A stretch of DNA of 64,000 bases. It comes from Candidatus Omnitrophota bacterium. Its GTDB lineage: Bacteria > Omnitrophota > Gorgyraeia > Gygaellales > Profunditerraquicolaceae. Position numbers and translations under genes: made by a program. Within the stretch, counting starts at the first letter, position 1, and each line of letters begins with the position of its first letter. The stretch spans positions 8,559 through 72,558 of the forward strand of contig JBAYMG010000004.1 of the NCBI GenBank assembly GCA_041663665.1. The letters run 5' to 3'. The notes under the pieces are model-generated. The model saw only the letters and a program-made list of their open reading frames with translations. It made no database searches and was not told the origin of the DNA. This document shows positions 9,204 through 21,489 of the stretch, one piece after another.

Positions 9204-9431
9204 ATGGATTATAAAACAGCTTTAGATTTTGGTGTTCCGTTAGCACTAGGCATAGCGGCGTTTGGTTCTGCAATTGGTTTGGGGATAGCAGTGTCTGCAG
9301 CTTTAACCGGTGTGAGCAGGCAGCCGGAAGCAAGCAATAAGATAATGACAATGTTGATTATTGGCTGCGCTTTTATTGAAGCAATTACTATTTATGTTTT
9401 GGTATTTGCTTTTATGTATGCCAGTAAATAA
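9204..9431 (+). CDS. atpE: F0F1 ATP synthase subunit c
   Basis: 75 aa hairpin proteolipid with 'GLGIAVSAALTGVSRQPEA'. Confidence 0.85.
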   Translation: MDYKTALDFGVPLALGIAAFGSAIGLGIAVSAALTGVSRQPEASNKIMTMLIIGCAFIEAITIYVLVFAFMYASK

Positions 9432-9474
9432 TTTCCCCTTGTAAACTAGATACATAAAGGAAAGAGAAATTAGT

Positions 9475-9972
9475 ATGGAAATTTTAAAGATGCTTAGCGC
9501 AAGTGAAATCTTTGCGCAGATAATAAGTTTTATTCTTTTGTTAGTTCTGTTGCGTTTATTCGCTTGGAAAAAAATCCTTCTGCTTTTAGACCAGCGTAAA
9601 GAAAAAATTAGTTCTGAGTTTAAGGGAATAGAGGATACTAAGCTTGAGCTTGCCCGGCTTAAAAGTGATTATGAGTTGAAGCTTTCAACTGTTGCCAGTC
9701 AGGCCCAGGCAAAAATTGACGAATCTATTGAGCAGGCTCGGAAAATAAATGAGCAGATGCGTAAGAAGGCTCATGAAGAGGCTCAGGATATTATTACTGA
9801 TGCCCGTCTTCAGGTAAAATATGAGGTTTCCAAGGTTCAAGAGCAGATTAAAGAGAAAGTCGTTGATATTGCTTTGGGGGCCGCTAGATCAGTGATTCAG
9901 GAAAAACTTACTGAAGAGGGTGATCGTAAAATAGTTGAAGATTTTATTCGTCAACTGGATAAAACAGAATGA
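9475..9972 (+). CDS. atpF: F0F1 ATP synthase subunit b
   Basis: N-terminal TM then long charged coiled coil; operon position. Confidence 0.75.
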   Translation: MEILKMLSASEIFAQIISFILLLVLLRLFAWKKILLLLDQRKEKISSEFKGIEDTKLELARLKSDYELKLSTVASQAQAKIDESIEQARKINEQMRKKAHEEAQDIITDARLQVKYEVSKVQEQIKEKVVDIALGAARSVIQEKLTEEGDRKIVEDFIRQLDKTE

Positions 9973-10517
9973 TAAAGAATAAGGTTGTAGTCAGTAGGTA
10001 TGCTGAGGCTTTAATAAACTTTGCCCGGGCTAATTGCGGGACGGATAAAGTTTTGGAAGATTTGATAACAATCAAGAATATCGTAAGGGATAATCCGGGT
10101 TTTAAAAATTTGATGGATAATCCTGAGATATCTTATCATGAAAAATGTTCGGTTATTGATGCGGTTATTGAAACCGATACCGCTAACGAAGTGAGTTATT
10201 TTTTAAAGCTGCTTATCGAGAAAAAACGTTTTGACATTTTTATGGATGTAGCTGAGTATCTGCGTACAAAATATAGCCATCATGGGCAGGTGGACGTATT
10301 ACTTAAAACCGCTTTTCCTCTGGAGTTAGATTTAATTAAAAGAATTGAAGTTGCTTTGAAAGCTAAGTTTAAGCAGGATTTACGGTTTTATATAGATTTA
10401 GACGGGAGTTTATTGGGCGGGGTGCAGGTGATTATTGGCAATAAGATTATTGATGGTTCAGTGAGAAAGCGGTTGGAAGAATTAAGAGATAAACTAACTA
10501 CAGTAAAGATGTATTGA
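9969..10517 (+). CDS. atpH: F0F1 ATP synthase subunit delta
   Basis: 182 aa, OSCP/delta-like, between b and alpha. Confidence 0.75.
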   Translation: MIKNKVVVSRYAEALINFARANCGTDKVLEDLITIKNIVRDNPGFKNLMDNPEISYHEKCSVIDAVIETDTANEVSYFLKLLIEKKRFDIFMDVAEYLRTKYSHHGQVDVLLKTAFPLELDLIKRIEVALKAKFKQDLRFYIDLDGSLLGGVQVIIGNKIIDGSVRKRLEELRDKLTTVKMY

Positions 10518-10561
10518 TTTTATCAAAAGTACTTTTGCTGTATTTTTAAAGAGAGGTTAAG

Positions 10562-12085
10562 ATGGTTTTAAAACCGGAAGAAGTTACAGTGATAATCGAA
10601 AAAGAGCTTCAAAAATATCAATCTCGCCTTCGTACTGAATCAATCGGTACGGTAATCCAGGTAGGGGATACTATTGCCCGTATTTATGGCTTAGATGATG
10701 TAATGATGGGGGAACTGGTAGAGTTTTCGGATAATATTATGGGTATGGTCTTAAACTTGGAAGAAGATAGTGTCGGGGTAGTCATCTTCGGAACGGATAA
10801 TCCGGATAAGAATATTCGTGAAGGTGATTTAGTTAAGCGTACCGGAAAAATTGTTCAGGTGCCCGTAGGCAATGCGCTAGTCGGCAGGGTAGTTAATGGT
10901 TTAGGCCGGCCGATTGATGGCAAGGGGCAGATTAATGCCCAGAAATTTAGGCCGATAGAATTCAGTGCTGCGAATGTGGTTGAACGGCAGCCGGTTAATC
11001 AACCATTGCAGACCGGAATTAAAGCGGTTGATGCCATGACTCCTATCGGCCGCGGCCAGCGCGAATTGATTATTGGCGATCGCCAGACCGGTAAAACTTC
11101 AATTGCTATTGATGCGATAATTAATCAAAAAGGAAAAGATGTTTATTGTATTTATTGTGCTATCGGCCAGAAATTATCCAGCGTGGTTGCGGTAAATGAA
11201 GTGCTGAAGAAGTATGGGGCGATGGAGTATACTACTATTGTCAGTGCTTCTAGCCGTGCCTCAGCAAGCTTGCAATACCTTGCTCCTTATGCTGCCACAG
11301 CTATGGCTGAAGAATTTATGTATTCCGGGAAACACGTTTTAGTGGTTTATGATGACTTATCCAAGCATGCTCAGGCTTATCGGCAGCTGTCTTTGCTGCT
11401 CAGGCGGCCCCCGGGCCGGGAAGCTTATCCGGGTGATATTTTTTATCTGCATTCTAGACTTCTCGAACGCAGCGCTAAATTGAATGATGCTTTGGGTGCT
11501 GGTTCAATAACTGCGATTCCGATTGTTGAAACTCAAGCCGGGGATATTTCTAGTTATATTCCGACGAATGTCATCTCAATTACTGATGGCCAGATTTATT
11601 TAGAGAGTGATTTGTTTTACGCCGGCGTGCGTCCGGCGGTAAATGTCGGTTTGTCTGTTTCCCGCGTGGGAGGAAAAGCACAAAGTAAATTAATGCGCCA
11701 GGTGGCTTCGAAATTGAGGCTGGATTTAGCCCAGTATCGTGAGCTGGTGGCCTTTACGCAGTTTGGAACAGACCTGGATAAGACGACTCAGGCGCAGTTA
11801 ACTCGCGGTGAAAGAATGGTGGAAATATTAAAGCAAGTGCAGTATGAACCTTTGGATGTAACCAGGCAGATAATTGTTATTTATGCCGGGACCAATGGTT
11901 ATTTGGACGATTTACCTGTTAATTCAATTAAAAAATTTGAAATCGAACTTTATAAATTTATCGATACTAAATATCCTGAAATTCAGGAGGAGTTGGCCGT
12001 AAAGAATAACCTGGATGCCGACCTTAAAAATAAATTGGATAGTTTAATTGTTGATTTTAAAAAAGAATTTTTAGCCATAGCTTAA
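10562..12085 (+). CDS. atpA: F0F1 ATP synthase subunit alpha
   Basis: P-loop 'GDRQTGKT', highly conserved alpha sequence throughout. Confidence 0.95.
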   Translation: MVLKPEEVTVIIEKELQKYQSRLRTESIGTVIQVGDTIARIYGLDDVMMGELVEFSDNIMGMVLNLEEDSVGVVIFGTDNPDKNIREGDLVKRTGKIVQVPVGNALVGRVVNGLGRPIDGKGQINAQKFRPIEFSAANVVERQPVNQPLQTGIKAVDAMTPIGRGQRELIIGDRQTGKTSIAIDAIINQKGKDVYCIYCAIGQKLSSVVAVNEVLKKYGAMEYTTIVSASSRASASLQYLAPYAATAMAEEFMYSGKHVLVVYDDLSKHAQAYRQLSLLLRRPPGREAYPGDIFYLHSRLLERSAKLNDALGAGSITAIPIVETQAGDISSYIPTNVISITDGQIYLESDLFYAGVRPAVNVGLSVSRVGGKAQSKLMRQVASKLRLDLAQYRELVAFTQFGTDLDKTTQAQLTRGERMVEILKQVQYEPLDVTRQIIVIYAGTNGYLDDLPVNSIKKFEIELYKFIDTKYPEIQEELAVKNNLDADLKNKLDSLIVDFKKEFLAIA

Positions 12086-12092
12086 AAAATAT

Positions 12093-14352
<2,260 letters not shown>

Positions 14353-14353
14353 A

Positions 14354-14602
14354 ATGGCTAAGTCTTTTCATGTCGGTATTTATTCAAAAGACAAGATAGT
14401 GTATGAAGGTAAGGCAATTTATCTGGTTGCTCCTTCTGTAGAGGGTTCTCTGGGCATTTTAGCTGACCATGCTGCCATGGTTGTTAAATTATTAAACGGT
14501 AAAATTACTCTGCGCACCCCAGATGGAAATATTAGTTTAATTGATTCTTCAGGCAATGGATTCCTCGAAGTATTGCATAATCAAGTGACCTTGCTTTTAT
14601 AA
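14354..14602 (+). CDS. atpC: F0F1 ATP synthase subunit epsilon (short form)
   Basis: Internal ATG at 14354 ('MAKSFHVGIYSKDKIVYEGKA...') right after atpD stop; the longer annotated ORF from 14264 overlaps atpD. 82 aa = beta-sandwich domain only. Confidence 0.65.
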   Translation: MAKSFHVGIYSKDKIVYEGKAIYLVAPSVEGSLGILADHAAMVVKLLNGKITLRTPDGNISLIDSSGNGFLEVLHNQVTLLL

Positions 14603-14622
14603 AATAATCGTCAAAAATACTC

Positions 14623-14650
14623 TTGACAAAATAAAGAGCAATGGTATATT
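14623..14650 (+). promoter_or_regulatory. Sigma70-like promoter upstream of rex
   Basis: TTGACA (14623-14628), 16-nt spacer, TATATT (14645-14650). Confidence 0.45.
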
Positions 14651-14660
14651 ATTTATGTTA

Positions 14661-14678
14661 TTGTGAAAAATAGAACAA
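14661..14678 (+). promoter_or_regulatory. Candidate Rex operator (imperfect) at the rex ribosome-binding region
   Basis: TTGTGAAAAATAGAACAA: perfect left half-site TTGTGAA and palindromic ends TTGT...ACAA, but the right half is only 4/7 vs TTCACAA. Directly precedes the rex ATG (14680). Confidence 0.25.
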
Positions 14679-14679
14679 T

Positions 14680-15312
14680 ATGATTACAAATAAAAATTGC
14701 ATCATTCGGCTTTCTCGATATAAAAATGCTCTTTATAGGCTGCAGGCCCTGGGTTTTGTGAAAGTTTTCTCAGATAACTTAGCCGATGCGGTAGGCGGCA
14801 CTGCTTCTCAGGTCAGAAAAGATTTTTCCATTTTTGGTATCTCCGGAAATAAAAAAGGAGGTTACCAGATTGATTTCCTGCTGGAGAAGTTAAACAGTAT
14901 TTTAGGTAAAGACCAGCTGCAGAAAGTTATTGTCGTGGGTGCAGGTCACATTGGCAGCGCACTTATGCGTTATCGGGGCTTTGAAAAAGAAGGTATCAAA
15001 ATCGTTGCCGGCTTTGATATTGACCCGTCTAAGATTAATCGTTCTAATGCTGTTCCGATCTTACCCTTAGAGGAAGTTAAGGTTTTTATAAAATCTAACG
15101 GTATCCGTATAGCTGTTTTAGCCGTCCCGGATATTGCAGCCCAGCAGGCGGTAGATTTAATTTCTGCTGCGGGAATTAAGGGAATACTCAATTTTGCACC
15201 TTTAGGGCTTAAGGCCCCGGAAACTTGTATTATTAATAATGTAAATTTAGAAATTGAGCTTGAAAATTTGATTTATTTTGTGAACGTAGCCGAGAAAACT
15301 AAATTAAATTAA
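14680..15312 (+). CDS. rex: Redox-sensing transcriptional repressor Rex
   Basis: N-terminal wHTH 'IIRLSRYKNALYRLQALGF' and Rossmann 'VVGAGHIGSAL'; 210 aa; sits directly upstream of the [FeFe] hydrogenase genes. Confidence 0.85.
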   Translation: MITNKNCIIRLSRYKNALYRLQALGFVKVFSDNLADAVGGTASQVRKDFSIFGISGNKKGGYQIDFLLEKLNSILGKDQLQKVIVVGAGHIGSALMRYRGFEKEGIKIVAGFDIDPSKINRSNAVPILPLEEVKVFIKSNGIRIAVLAVPDIAAQQAVDLISAAGIKGILNFAPLGLKAPETCIINNVNLEIELENLIYFVNVAEKTKLN

Positions 15313-15322
15313 GGAAATCAAA

Positions 15323-15811
15323 ATGGTTGAAGAAAAAAAGAGTATGCCGGAAGAAATCGCTGATTTGGTAAAAAAGTGGCAGGATAAAGAAGGTAATTTG
15401 ATTATGATCCTGCATGAGCTGCAAAATTATTATGGTTATGTTCCCCGTCCAGCGGCTTTAGAATTGTCCCGGGTTTTGCGCACACCGTTAGCCAGGATCT
15501 ATGAGGTAATTACTTTTTATAATTTTTTTAAGCTCGAACCTCCGGGGAAGCATATTATTTCTTTATGTTTAGGCACTGCCTGTTATTTGAAGGGTTCAGC
15601 TATTTTGCTTAATGAGATTAAAAGTTTATTAAATGTTGAGGAAGGGCAAACTACCAAAGATGGATTGTTCCAACTAGATGTCGTGCGCTGCCTGGGTTGT
15701 TGCGGGTTGGCTCCGGTAATTAAAATTGACGATAAAATTTATGGTAAGGTAGAGAAGAACCAGGTAATGGGTATCCTCTCCGGATATGGCGATCATAAAA
15801 AAGAGGAATAA
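15323..15811 (+). CDS. hydC: [FeFe] hydrogenase NuoE-like [2Fe-2S] subunit (HydC/HndA)
   Basis: Thioredoxin-like 2Fe-2S motif 'CLGTACYLKGS...CLGCCGLAPV'. Confidence 0.85.
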   Translation: MVEEKKSMPEEIADLVKKWQDKEGNLIMILHELQNYYGYVPRPAALELSRVLRTPLARIYEVITFYNFFKLEPPGKHIISLCLGTACYLKGSAILLNEIKSLLNVEEGQTTKDGLFQLDVVRCLGCCGLAPVIKIDDKIYGKVEKNQVMGILSGYGDHKKEE

Positions 15812-15812
15812 A

Positions 15813-16166
15813 ATGGCCAAGCTTACAAAACAGGATTTAGATCAAATAAAAGCAACACATCAGGATGACGGTAAGGATTGGATCAAGGTCGGGATGAGTA
15901 CTTGCGGGATTGCCGCCGGAGCCGATAAAGTTTATGATTTCTTTGTCGACGAGATTAAGAAAAGAAAGCTGGATATCCAGGTTAAGAAATGCGGCTGCCA
16001 GGGGATGTGTTATTCTGAGCCTCTGGTGGAGGTTCGCGTGAAAGGTTTGCCGGATGTTATTTACGGAAGAGTTGATAAAGAAGGGGTAATGAAAATTTTA
16101 GATAAGCATGTTTGCGGTAACACGCTGGTTAAAGACTCTATTTACGAACTAAGGACAAAGAGGTAA
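15813..16166 (+). CDS. Small [2Fe-2S] thioredoxin-like ferredoxin subunit (HndB-like)
   Basis: Start taken at the second ATG (15813) with RBS AAGAGGA, 2 nt after hydC stop. Cys pattern 'STCGIAAGA...CGCQGMCYSEP'. Confidence 0.6.
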   Translation: MAKLTKQDLDQIKATHQDDGKDWIKVGMSTCGIAAGADKVYDFFVDEIKKRKLDIQVKKCGCQGMCYSEPLVEVRVKGLPDVIYGRVDKEGVMKILDKHVCGNTLVKDSIYELRTKR

Positions 16167-16172
16167 GGATAA

Positions 16173-17912
16173 ATGAACACAAAATTAGTTTTTATTAAGG
16201 ATACCAATGTAACTGTTGATGCGACTAAAGATTTTTATGCTGACTTCTTAAATTTATTACGCGAAAATTCCCTTGAGGATCAAGTGCAAGTGGTTAGAGT
16301 CGCGGATATGGGAATTTATGGGCAAGGGTTGGTAGTTAAATTCCCTGAGGCAGATATAATTTATGCTAATTTGCAGGAAAATGATTTAAAAAATATTATT
16401 ACTAAAACAATCAAAGAAGGCCAGGTGATTGATGAACTGTTATTTAAGACTGAGCCTAAGCAGTTAAGGATAGTTTTACGAAATTGCGGCGAGATAGATC
16501 CTGAGAATATTGATGAATATATCGCTTTAGACGGTTACCAGGCGTTAGTTAAAGCGATACTTGAATATAAGCCGGAACAGGTTATTGAGGAATTAAAAAT
16601 TAGCGGGTTACGGGGTAGAGGCGGAGCAGGATTCCCTACCTGGCTTAAATGGAAGCTTACCCGTGAGACCTCCGAGGCGCAGAAATATGTTATTTGTAAT
16701 GCCGATGAAGGTGACCCGGGCGCCTATATGGATAGAGGCGTGCTGGAGGGCGATCCGCATTCAGTTATCGAAGGGTTAATTTTGGCCGGATATGCTATCG
16801 GCGCATCCAAAGGATATTTTTATGTGCGCGCTGAATATCCTTTAGCCGTCGAAAGAGTTGAAAAGGCGATTAAGCAGTCGTACGATTATGGTTTCTTAGG
16901 GAAAAATATTTTAGGCAGTAATTTTAGTTTTGATATCGATATACGTTTAGGGGCCGGGGCGTTCGTTTGCGGCGAAGAGACAGCGTTGATTGCTTCAATT
17001 GAAGGCCGGCGGGGGACTCCGCGTCCACGTCCGCCGTACCCATCGGTGAAGGGTTTGTGGGATAAGCCTACGGCGATAAACAACGTTGAAACTTTGGCAA
17101 ATATCGGGCCGATTATCTTAAGAGGCGGGAAGTGGTACGCTTCTATCGGTACAGAAAAGTCTAAGGGAACAAAGGTTTTTGCGCTTACCGGCAAGGTTAA
17201 GAATTCGGGCTTAGTCGAGGTACCGATGGGGATTACTTTAAGGGAAATTGTTTTTGATATCGGCGGAGGGATGCTTTCCAGTAAAGGGATTAAGGCAATC
17301 CAAACCGGCGGGCCTAGCGGTGGAGTTATTCCCAGGGAATTTTTAGATACCCCGGTAGATTATGAAAATTTGCAGAAATTAGGTTCAATCATGGGTTCCG
17401 GCGGTATGATCGTTATGGATGAAGATGACTGCATGGTTGATATCGCTAAATTTTATTTAGGTTTTTGTGTGGATGAGTCTTGTGGCAAATGCGTACCTTG
17501 CCGTATTGGCGGATACCAAATGCTTTCGGTATTAGATAAAATTACTGAAGGCAGCGGTAAAGTTGAAGATTTGGATAAATTAAAAAGAATCGCTTTGGCT
17601 ATGCAGAAGGCTTCGCTTTGCGCTCTCGGCCAGACCGCAGCTAATCCGGTAATTTCGACTATCAGGTATTTTGAAGAAGAATATCAGGACCATATTGTGA
17701 ATAAAAAATGCCGGTCGCATAAGTGTAAACACCTGCTTAACTATAATGTTATTCAGGATAAGTGTAAGCGTTGCCGGGTTTGCGTAATTAATTGCCCGGT
17801 TAATGCGATTAACGGTGATAAGGAAAAAGGATTTTTTGTTGACCCTAAGGTTTGTATTCGGTGCGGTAAATGCTATGAAGTTTGTAAATTTAATGCGATT
17901 GCTAAGGAGTAA
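16173..17912 (+). CDS. hydB: [FeFe] hydrogenase NuoF-like NAD(P)H/FMN subunit (HydB)
   Basis: 'GLRGRGGAGFPTWLKW' FMN/NADH-binding motif, C-terminal 4Fe-4S ferredoxin motifs ('CKRCRVCVINCPV', 'CIRCGKCYEVC'). Confidence 0.9.
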   Translation: MNTKLVFIKDTNVTVDATKDFYADFLNLLRENSLEDQVQVVRVADMGIYGQGLVVKFPEADIIYANLQENDLKNIITKTIKEGQVIDELLFKTEPKQLRIVLRNCGEIDPENIDEYIALDGYQALVKAILEYKPEQVIEELKISGLRGRGGAGFPTWLKWKLTRETSEAQKYVICNADEGDPGAYMDRGVLEGDPHSVIEGLILAGYAIGASKGYFYVRAEYPLAVERVEKAIKQSYDYGFLGKNILGSNFSFDIDIRLGAGAFVCGEETALIASIEGRRGTPRPRPPYPSVKGLWDKPTAINNVETLANIGPIILRGGKWYASIGTEKSKGTKVFALTGKVKNSGLVEVPMGITLREIVFDIGGGMLSSKGIKAIQTGGPSGGVIPREFLDTPVDYENLQKLGSIMGSGGMIVMDEDDCMVDIAKFYLGFCVDESCGKCVPCRIGGYQMLSVLDKITEGSGKVEDLDKLKRIALAMQKASLCALGQTAANPVISTIRYFEEEYQDHIVNKKCRSHKCKHLLNYNVIQDKCKRCRVCVINCPVNAINGDKEKGFFVDPKVCIRCGKCYEVCKFNAIAKE

Positions 17913-17916
17913 TTAA

Positions 17917-19662
17917 ATGATTAAGGCTAAAATTAATAATTTACCGGTGGAGGTTGATAGCGGTACCTCTATCCTGGATGCGGCAAAAAAAGCTCAAATT
18001 AAAATTCCTACTCTTTGTAAGCACCCGGATCTTCCCCCCGGGGCCGGATGCGGGTTATGTATCGTTAGAATTAAGGGCACACCGAAGATGCTGCGGGCAT
18101 GCTGTACTCCGCTTGAGAATGGCATGGAAATTACGACGCACGATCCGGAAATTGTCGCTGTGCGCCGCACAGTGCTGGAACTTATTCTTTCCAATCATCC
18201 GAATGATTGCTTACAGTGCGGTAGAAATAATAATTGTGAATTGCAAACTTTAGTTGCTGATTTTGGTATTCGGGACGAGTCTTTCCAGAAATTTCTTCCG
18301 GATGTGGCTAAGGATGATTCAACCCGGACTATTGTTTTAGATCCCCAGAAATGTATCCGTTGCGGCAGATGCGTAGAAGTTTGCCAGCATATGCAGAATG
18401 TTTGGGCACTTTCATTTCTAGAGCGGGGTTTTTGTACCAGAATTTCACCGGCCGGAGATATTAAGTTGGCGGATTCTCCTTGTATCCGTTGTGGCCAATG
18501 TTCTAACCATTGCCCAACCGGAGCAATTGTTGAATTAGACGAAACGGCTAAAGTTTGGGAGTTGTTGCAGAATCAGGAAAAATATTGTGTAGTTCAGATT
18601 GCTCCGGCAGTAAGGGTAGCAATTGGCGAAGCATTTGGTTATCCGATCGGCACAAATTTAACTAAAAAATTGTATGCTTTATTAAGAAGGCTAGGGTTTA
18701 AAGCCGTTTTTGATACAAATTTTGGTGCCGATGTCACAATTATGGAGGAAGGCAGTGAATTTCTGCAAAGATTTTTGTACGGCAAGGGGTCTTTACCGTT
18801 AATTACTTCCTGTTGTCCGGGTTGGGTAGATTTTATGGAGAAGTTCCATCCGGATATGATTGATCATTTCTCCAGCTGTAAATCTCCGCATGAAATTGTC
18901 GGAGTATTGTCTAAAACATATTATGCTGAAAAACAAAAAATCGATCCTAAAAATATTGCCGTAATTTCAATTATGCCTTGTACGGCTAAGAAGAATGAAA
19001 TTATCCGTTCGGAAGAGATGCATGCTTCAGGCTGTCAGGATGTCGATGTAGTTTTAACCACCAGAGAATTAGCCCGGATGATTAAACAGGCTGGTATTGA
19101 TTTTGTGAATTTACCTGATGAGGATCCGGATCATCTACTCGGCGATTATACCGGAGCCGGGGTAATTTTTGGGGCAACTGGTGGAGTTATGGAAGCGGCT
19201 TTAAGAACTGCTTATTTTCTGCTCAACGGTAAAAATATGGAAAAAGTGGAATTAAACCAGATTCGAGGTTTAGATGGGGTTAAGGTTGCTGAAATTCCGA
19301 TTAACGGTAAGAAAATAAGAGTAGCTGTTGCGCATGGTTTAAATCACGTAGAGTATGTATTGGATAAAGTAAGGGAAGCTGAGAAAAATAACCAAGAGAT
19401 GCCGTATCACTTTATTGAAGTTATGGCTTGTCTTGGGGGTTGTGTTGGCGGCGGCGGGCAGCCGTACGGAGTAACTGACGAGTTAAGGACCAAGCGCGCC
19501 GCAGGTATTTATCAGGATGATAAAGAGTCTAAGCTGCGTTGTTCTCACGAGAACCCTTCTGTGCAGCAGCTTTATAAAGAATTTTTAGGTAAACCGTTAA
19601 GCGGGAAATCTGAACATCTTTTGCATACGCATTATCAAGCGCGGCCGGTTTACGTCAAATAA
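17917..19662 (+). CDS. hydA: [FeFe] hydrogenase catalytic subunit HydA (group A, bifurcating-type trimer)
   Basis: H-cluster motifs L1 'TSCCPGWV', L2 'MPCTAKKNE', L3 'EVMACLGGCVGGGGQP'. N-terminal 2Fe-2S and 4Fe-4S ferredoxin domains. Confidence 0.9.
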   Translation: MIKAKINNLPVEVDSGTSILDAAKKAQIKIPTLCKHPDLPPGAGCGLCIVRIKGTPKMLRACCTPLENGMEITTHDPEIVAVRRTVLELILSNHPNDCLQCGRNNNCELQTLVADFGIRDESFQKFLPDVAKDDSTRTIVLDPQKCIRCGRCVEVCQHMQNVWALSFLERGFCTRISPAGDIKLADSPCIRCGQCSNHCPTGAIVELDETAKVWELLQNQEKYCVVQIAPAVRVAIGEAFGYPIGTNLTKKLYALLRRLGFKAVFDTNFGADVTIMEEGSEFLQRFLYGKGSLPLITSCCPGWVDFMEKFHPDMIDHFSSCKSPHEIVGVLSKTYYAEKQKIDPKNIAVISIMPCTAKKNEIIRSEEMHASGCQDVDVVLTTRELARMIKQAGIDFVNLPDEDPDHLLGDYTGAGVIFGATGGVMEAALRTAYFLLNGKNMEKVELNQIRGLDGVKVAEIPINGKKIRVAVAHGLNHVEYVLDKVREAEKNNQEMPYHFIEVMACLGGCVGGGGQPYGVTDELRTKRAAGIYQDDKESKLRCSHENPSVQQLYKEFLGKPLSGKSEHLLHTHYQARPVYVK

Positions 19663-19730
19663 GTTAATTTTTAAGTTCCTGCGGTAAGGAGTGGATTTAA
19701 CTCTGAGTCCAAGGGGGAAGAATTTTAGAT

Positions 19731-19780
19731 CCCAGCCTTTCTGCAGATTATATTCAAGCAGCAGGGTTGGGATTTTGTGT
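19731..19780 (+). terminator. Putative intrinsic terminator after hydA
   Basis: Stem CCCAGCC...GGTTGGG with inner CTGC/GCAG pairing, followed by ATTTTGTGT. Confidence 0.4.
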
Positions 19781-19789
19781 ACATACGCA

Positions 19790-19821
19790 ACACCCGCGCA
19801 ACACCTTTCAGCGCGGGGTGT
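19790..19821 (+). promoter_or_regulatory. GC-rich hairpin in leader of the TM1266-like/hydGEF genes
   Basis: ACACCCGCGC (19790-19799), 11-nt loop, GCGCGGGGTGT (19811-19821); no U-tract. Lies 22 nt upstream of the next start codon. Confidence 0.35.
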
Positions 19822-19842
19822 CTTGCTTAAAATGGAGGCAGC

Positions 19843-20094
19843 ATGGAAAAGCGTTTAGGTTTTGTGGGAATAATTATTCATAACCGGAAGAAAACTGCAC
19901 CGTTGGTTAATGCTATTTTGACAGAATTTGGCCAGTTAATTGTCGGGCGCATGGGCATTCCTCATGTTAAAAAAGAGTACAGTGTAATTGTGTTGATTGT
20001 TGATGCTAGTACTGATGATTTAGGGGCTTTAACCGGAAAATTAGGTAAAATTATCGGAATTTCAGTGAAGTCGGGTTTGAGTAAGGAAGGGTAG
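19843..20094 (+). CDS. TM1266-like small ACT/NikR-C-like protein (putative [FeFe]-hydrogenase system regulator)
   Basis: 83 aa, 'MEKRLGFVGIIIHNRKKTAPLVNAILTEFGQLIVGRMGIP'. Size and position immediately upstream of hydG match the family commonly linked to hydEFG. Confidence 0.6.
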   Translation: MEKRLGFVGIIIHNRKKTAPLVNAILTEFGQLIVGRMGIPHVKKEYSVIVLIVDASTDDLGALTGKLGKIIGISVKSGLSKEG

Positions 20095-20100
20095 AAATCT

Positions 20101-21489
20101 ATGCAATATATTGATGAAGAAAGAATTAATAATTTATTGACAGATGTATCCGGAATTAAAAAATCTAAATTAGACGCTATCTTAGTTAAGGCAAGATCAC
20201 TTAAGCGTTTAAGCCTGGAAGAATCCGCAGCGCTGCTTTCAGTTAAAGATCCGGAGGATATAAAAAAAATATTTAATGCCGCAAGCTTTGTCAAAGATGC
20301 AATCTATGGCAGGCGGGTGGTACTTTTTGCCCCGCTTTACATTAGCAACTTTTGCGTGAATACTTGTCTTTACTGCGGTTTTAAATCAGATAACCATACG
20401 TTTAAGCGTAAAGCTTTAACTGTTTCGGAAATTGCCGGGCAAATCCAATGGCTTTTAAAACGCGGGCATAAAAGGATACTGGTAGTTTGTGGTGAGGCTG
20501 CTCCGGGTGGGCTGTCGAATGTGGATTATTATATTCAGGCGGTGAATGCTGTTTATTCTGCTGTATTCGGCAAAAATAAAATTAAAAGGGTCAATGTTAA
20601 TTGCGCGCCGCTAAGCGTCAGTGATTTTAGAAAATTAAAAGCTTCCGGTATCGGAACTTTTCAAATATTTCAGGAAACTTATCATGATCAAACTTACCGC
20701 TCGATGCATTTGAGTGGCCCGAAGAGTGACCCGGATAACCGGATCAGTGCTCCGGACAGGGCATTTGAGGCGGGGATTGATGATATCGGAATCGGTGCGC
20801 TTTATGGTTTATACGATTGGAGGTTTGAGACACTGGGAATGCTTTCTCATGTAGAACATATGGAAAAGGAGCTTAACGTTGGGCCGCACACAATTTCTGT
20901 GCCGCGGATTGAGCCGGCAGAAGGCGCGGATGTGTCTTTTAATCCTCCTTACAAAGTTTCAGATGAGGATTTTAAAAAGATTGTTGCTGTTTTAAGGCTT
21001 TCAGTGCCCTATACGGGAATAATTATGTCTACGCGTGAGTCTGCGGATATGCGCAATACGTTGATTGGTCTGGGTGTTTCGCAGGTTAGCGCGGAATCGT
21101 CTGTTACCCCTGGAGGCTATGCGGATAATAAAGAAGAGCTTACCGCCAGTCAGTTTTCCCTTGGCGATCACCGTAGTTTAGATGAGATCGTCGGGTCTTT
21201 AATCAAGCATGACTATATCCCCAGTTTTTGTGCTGCTTGTTATCGCATGTCAAGGACTGGAGAAAATTTTATGCAGTTGGCCAAGCCCGGAACAATTAAG
21301 GGTAAGTGTAGCATGAATGCTTTAATTACTTTGCAGGAGTACCTGGATGATTTTGCCTCTGAGCCAGTTAAGGCTATAGGATATAAAATGATCAGCCGTT
21401 ATTCTAAGCAGTTAGAGCCTGCTGATCAGGATAGGTTGAAACTTTTCTTTGCGCATGTAGCCCAAGGGGTAAGGGATGAATACGTCTAA
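20101..21489 (+). CDS. hydG: [FeFe] hydrogenase H-cluster radical SAM maturase HydG
   Basis: Radical SAM 'CVNTCLYCGF'; ThiH-like. C-terminal CX2CX22C motif present exactly ('CAACYRMSRTGENFMQLAKPGTIKGKC'). Confidence 0.9.
   Translation: MQYIDEERINNLLTDVSGIKKSKLDAILVKARSLKRLSLEESAALLSVKDPEDIKKIFNAASFVKDAIYGRRVVLFAPLYISNFCVNTCLYCGFKSDNHTFKRKALTVSEIAGQIQWLLKRGHKRILVVCGEAAPGGLSNVDYYIQAVNAVYSAVFGKNKIKRVNVNCAPLSVSDFRKLKASGIGTFQIFQETYHDQTYRSMHLSGPKSDPDNRISAPDRAFEAGIDDIGIGALYGLYDWRFETLGMLSHVEHMEKELNVGPHTISVPRIEPAEGADVSFNPPYKVSDEDFKKIVAVLRLSVPYTGIIMSTRESADMRNTLIGLGVSQVSAESSVTPGGYADNKEELTASQFSLGDHRSLDEIVGSLIKHDYIPSFCAACYRMSRTGENFMQLAKPGTIKGKCSMNALITLQEYLDDFASEPVKAIGYKMISRYSKQLEPADQDRLKLFFAHVAQGVRDEYV

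Noticed and set aside
17954-18253. 99-aa same-strand ORF inside hydA
   Set aside because: Alternative frame within the hydA N-terminal ferredoxin-domain coding region; hydA frame has the diagnostic motifs.
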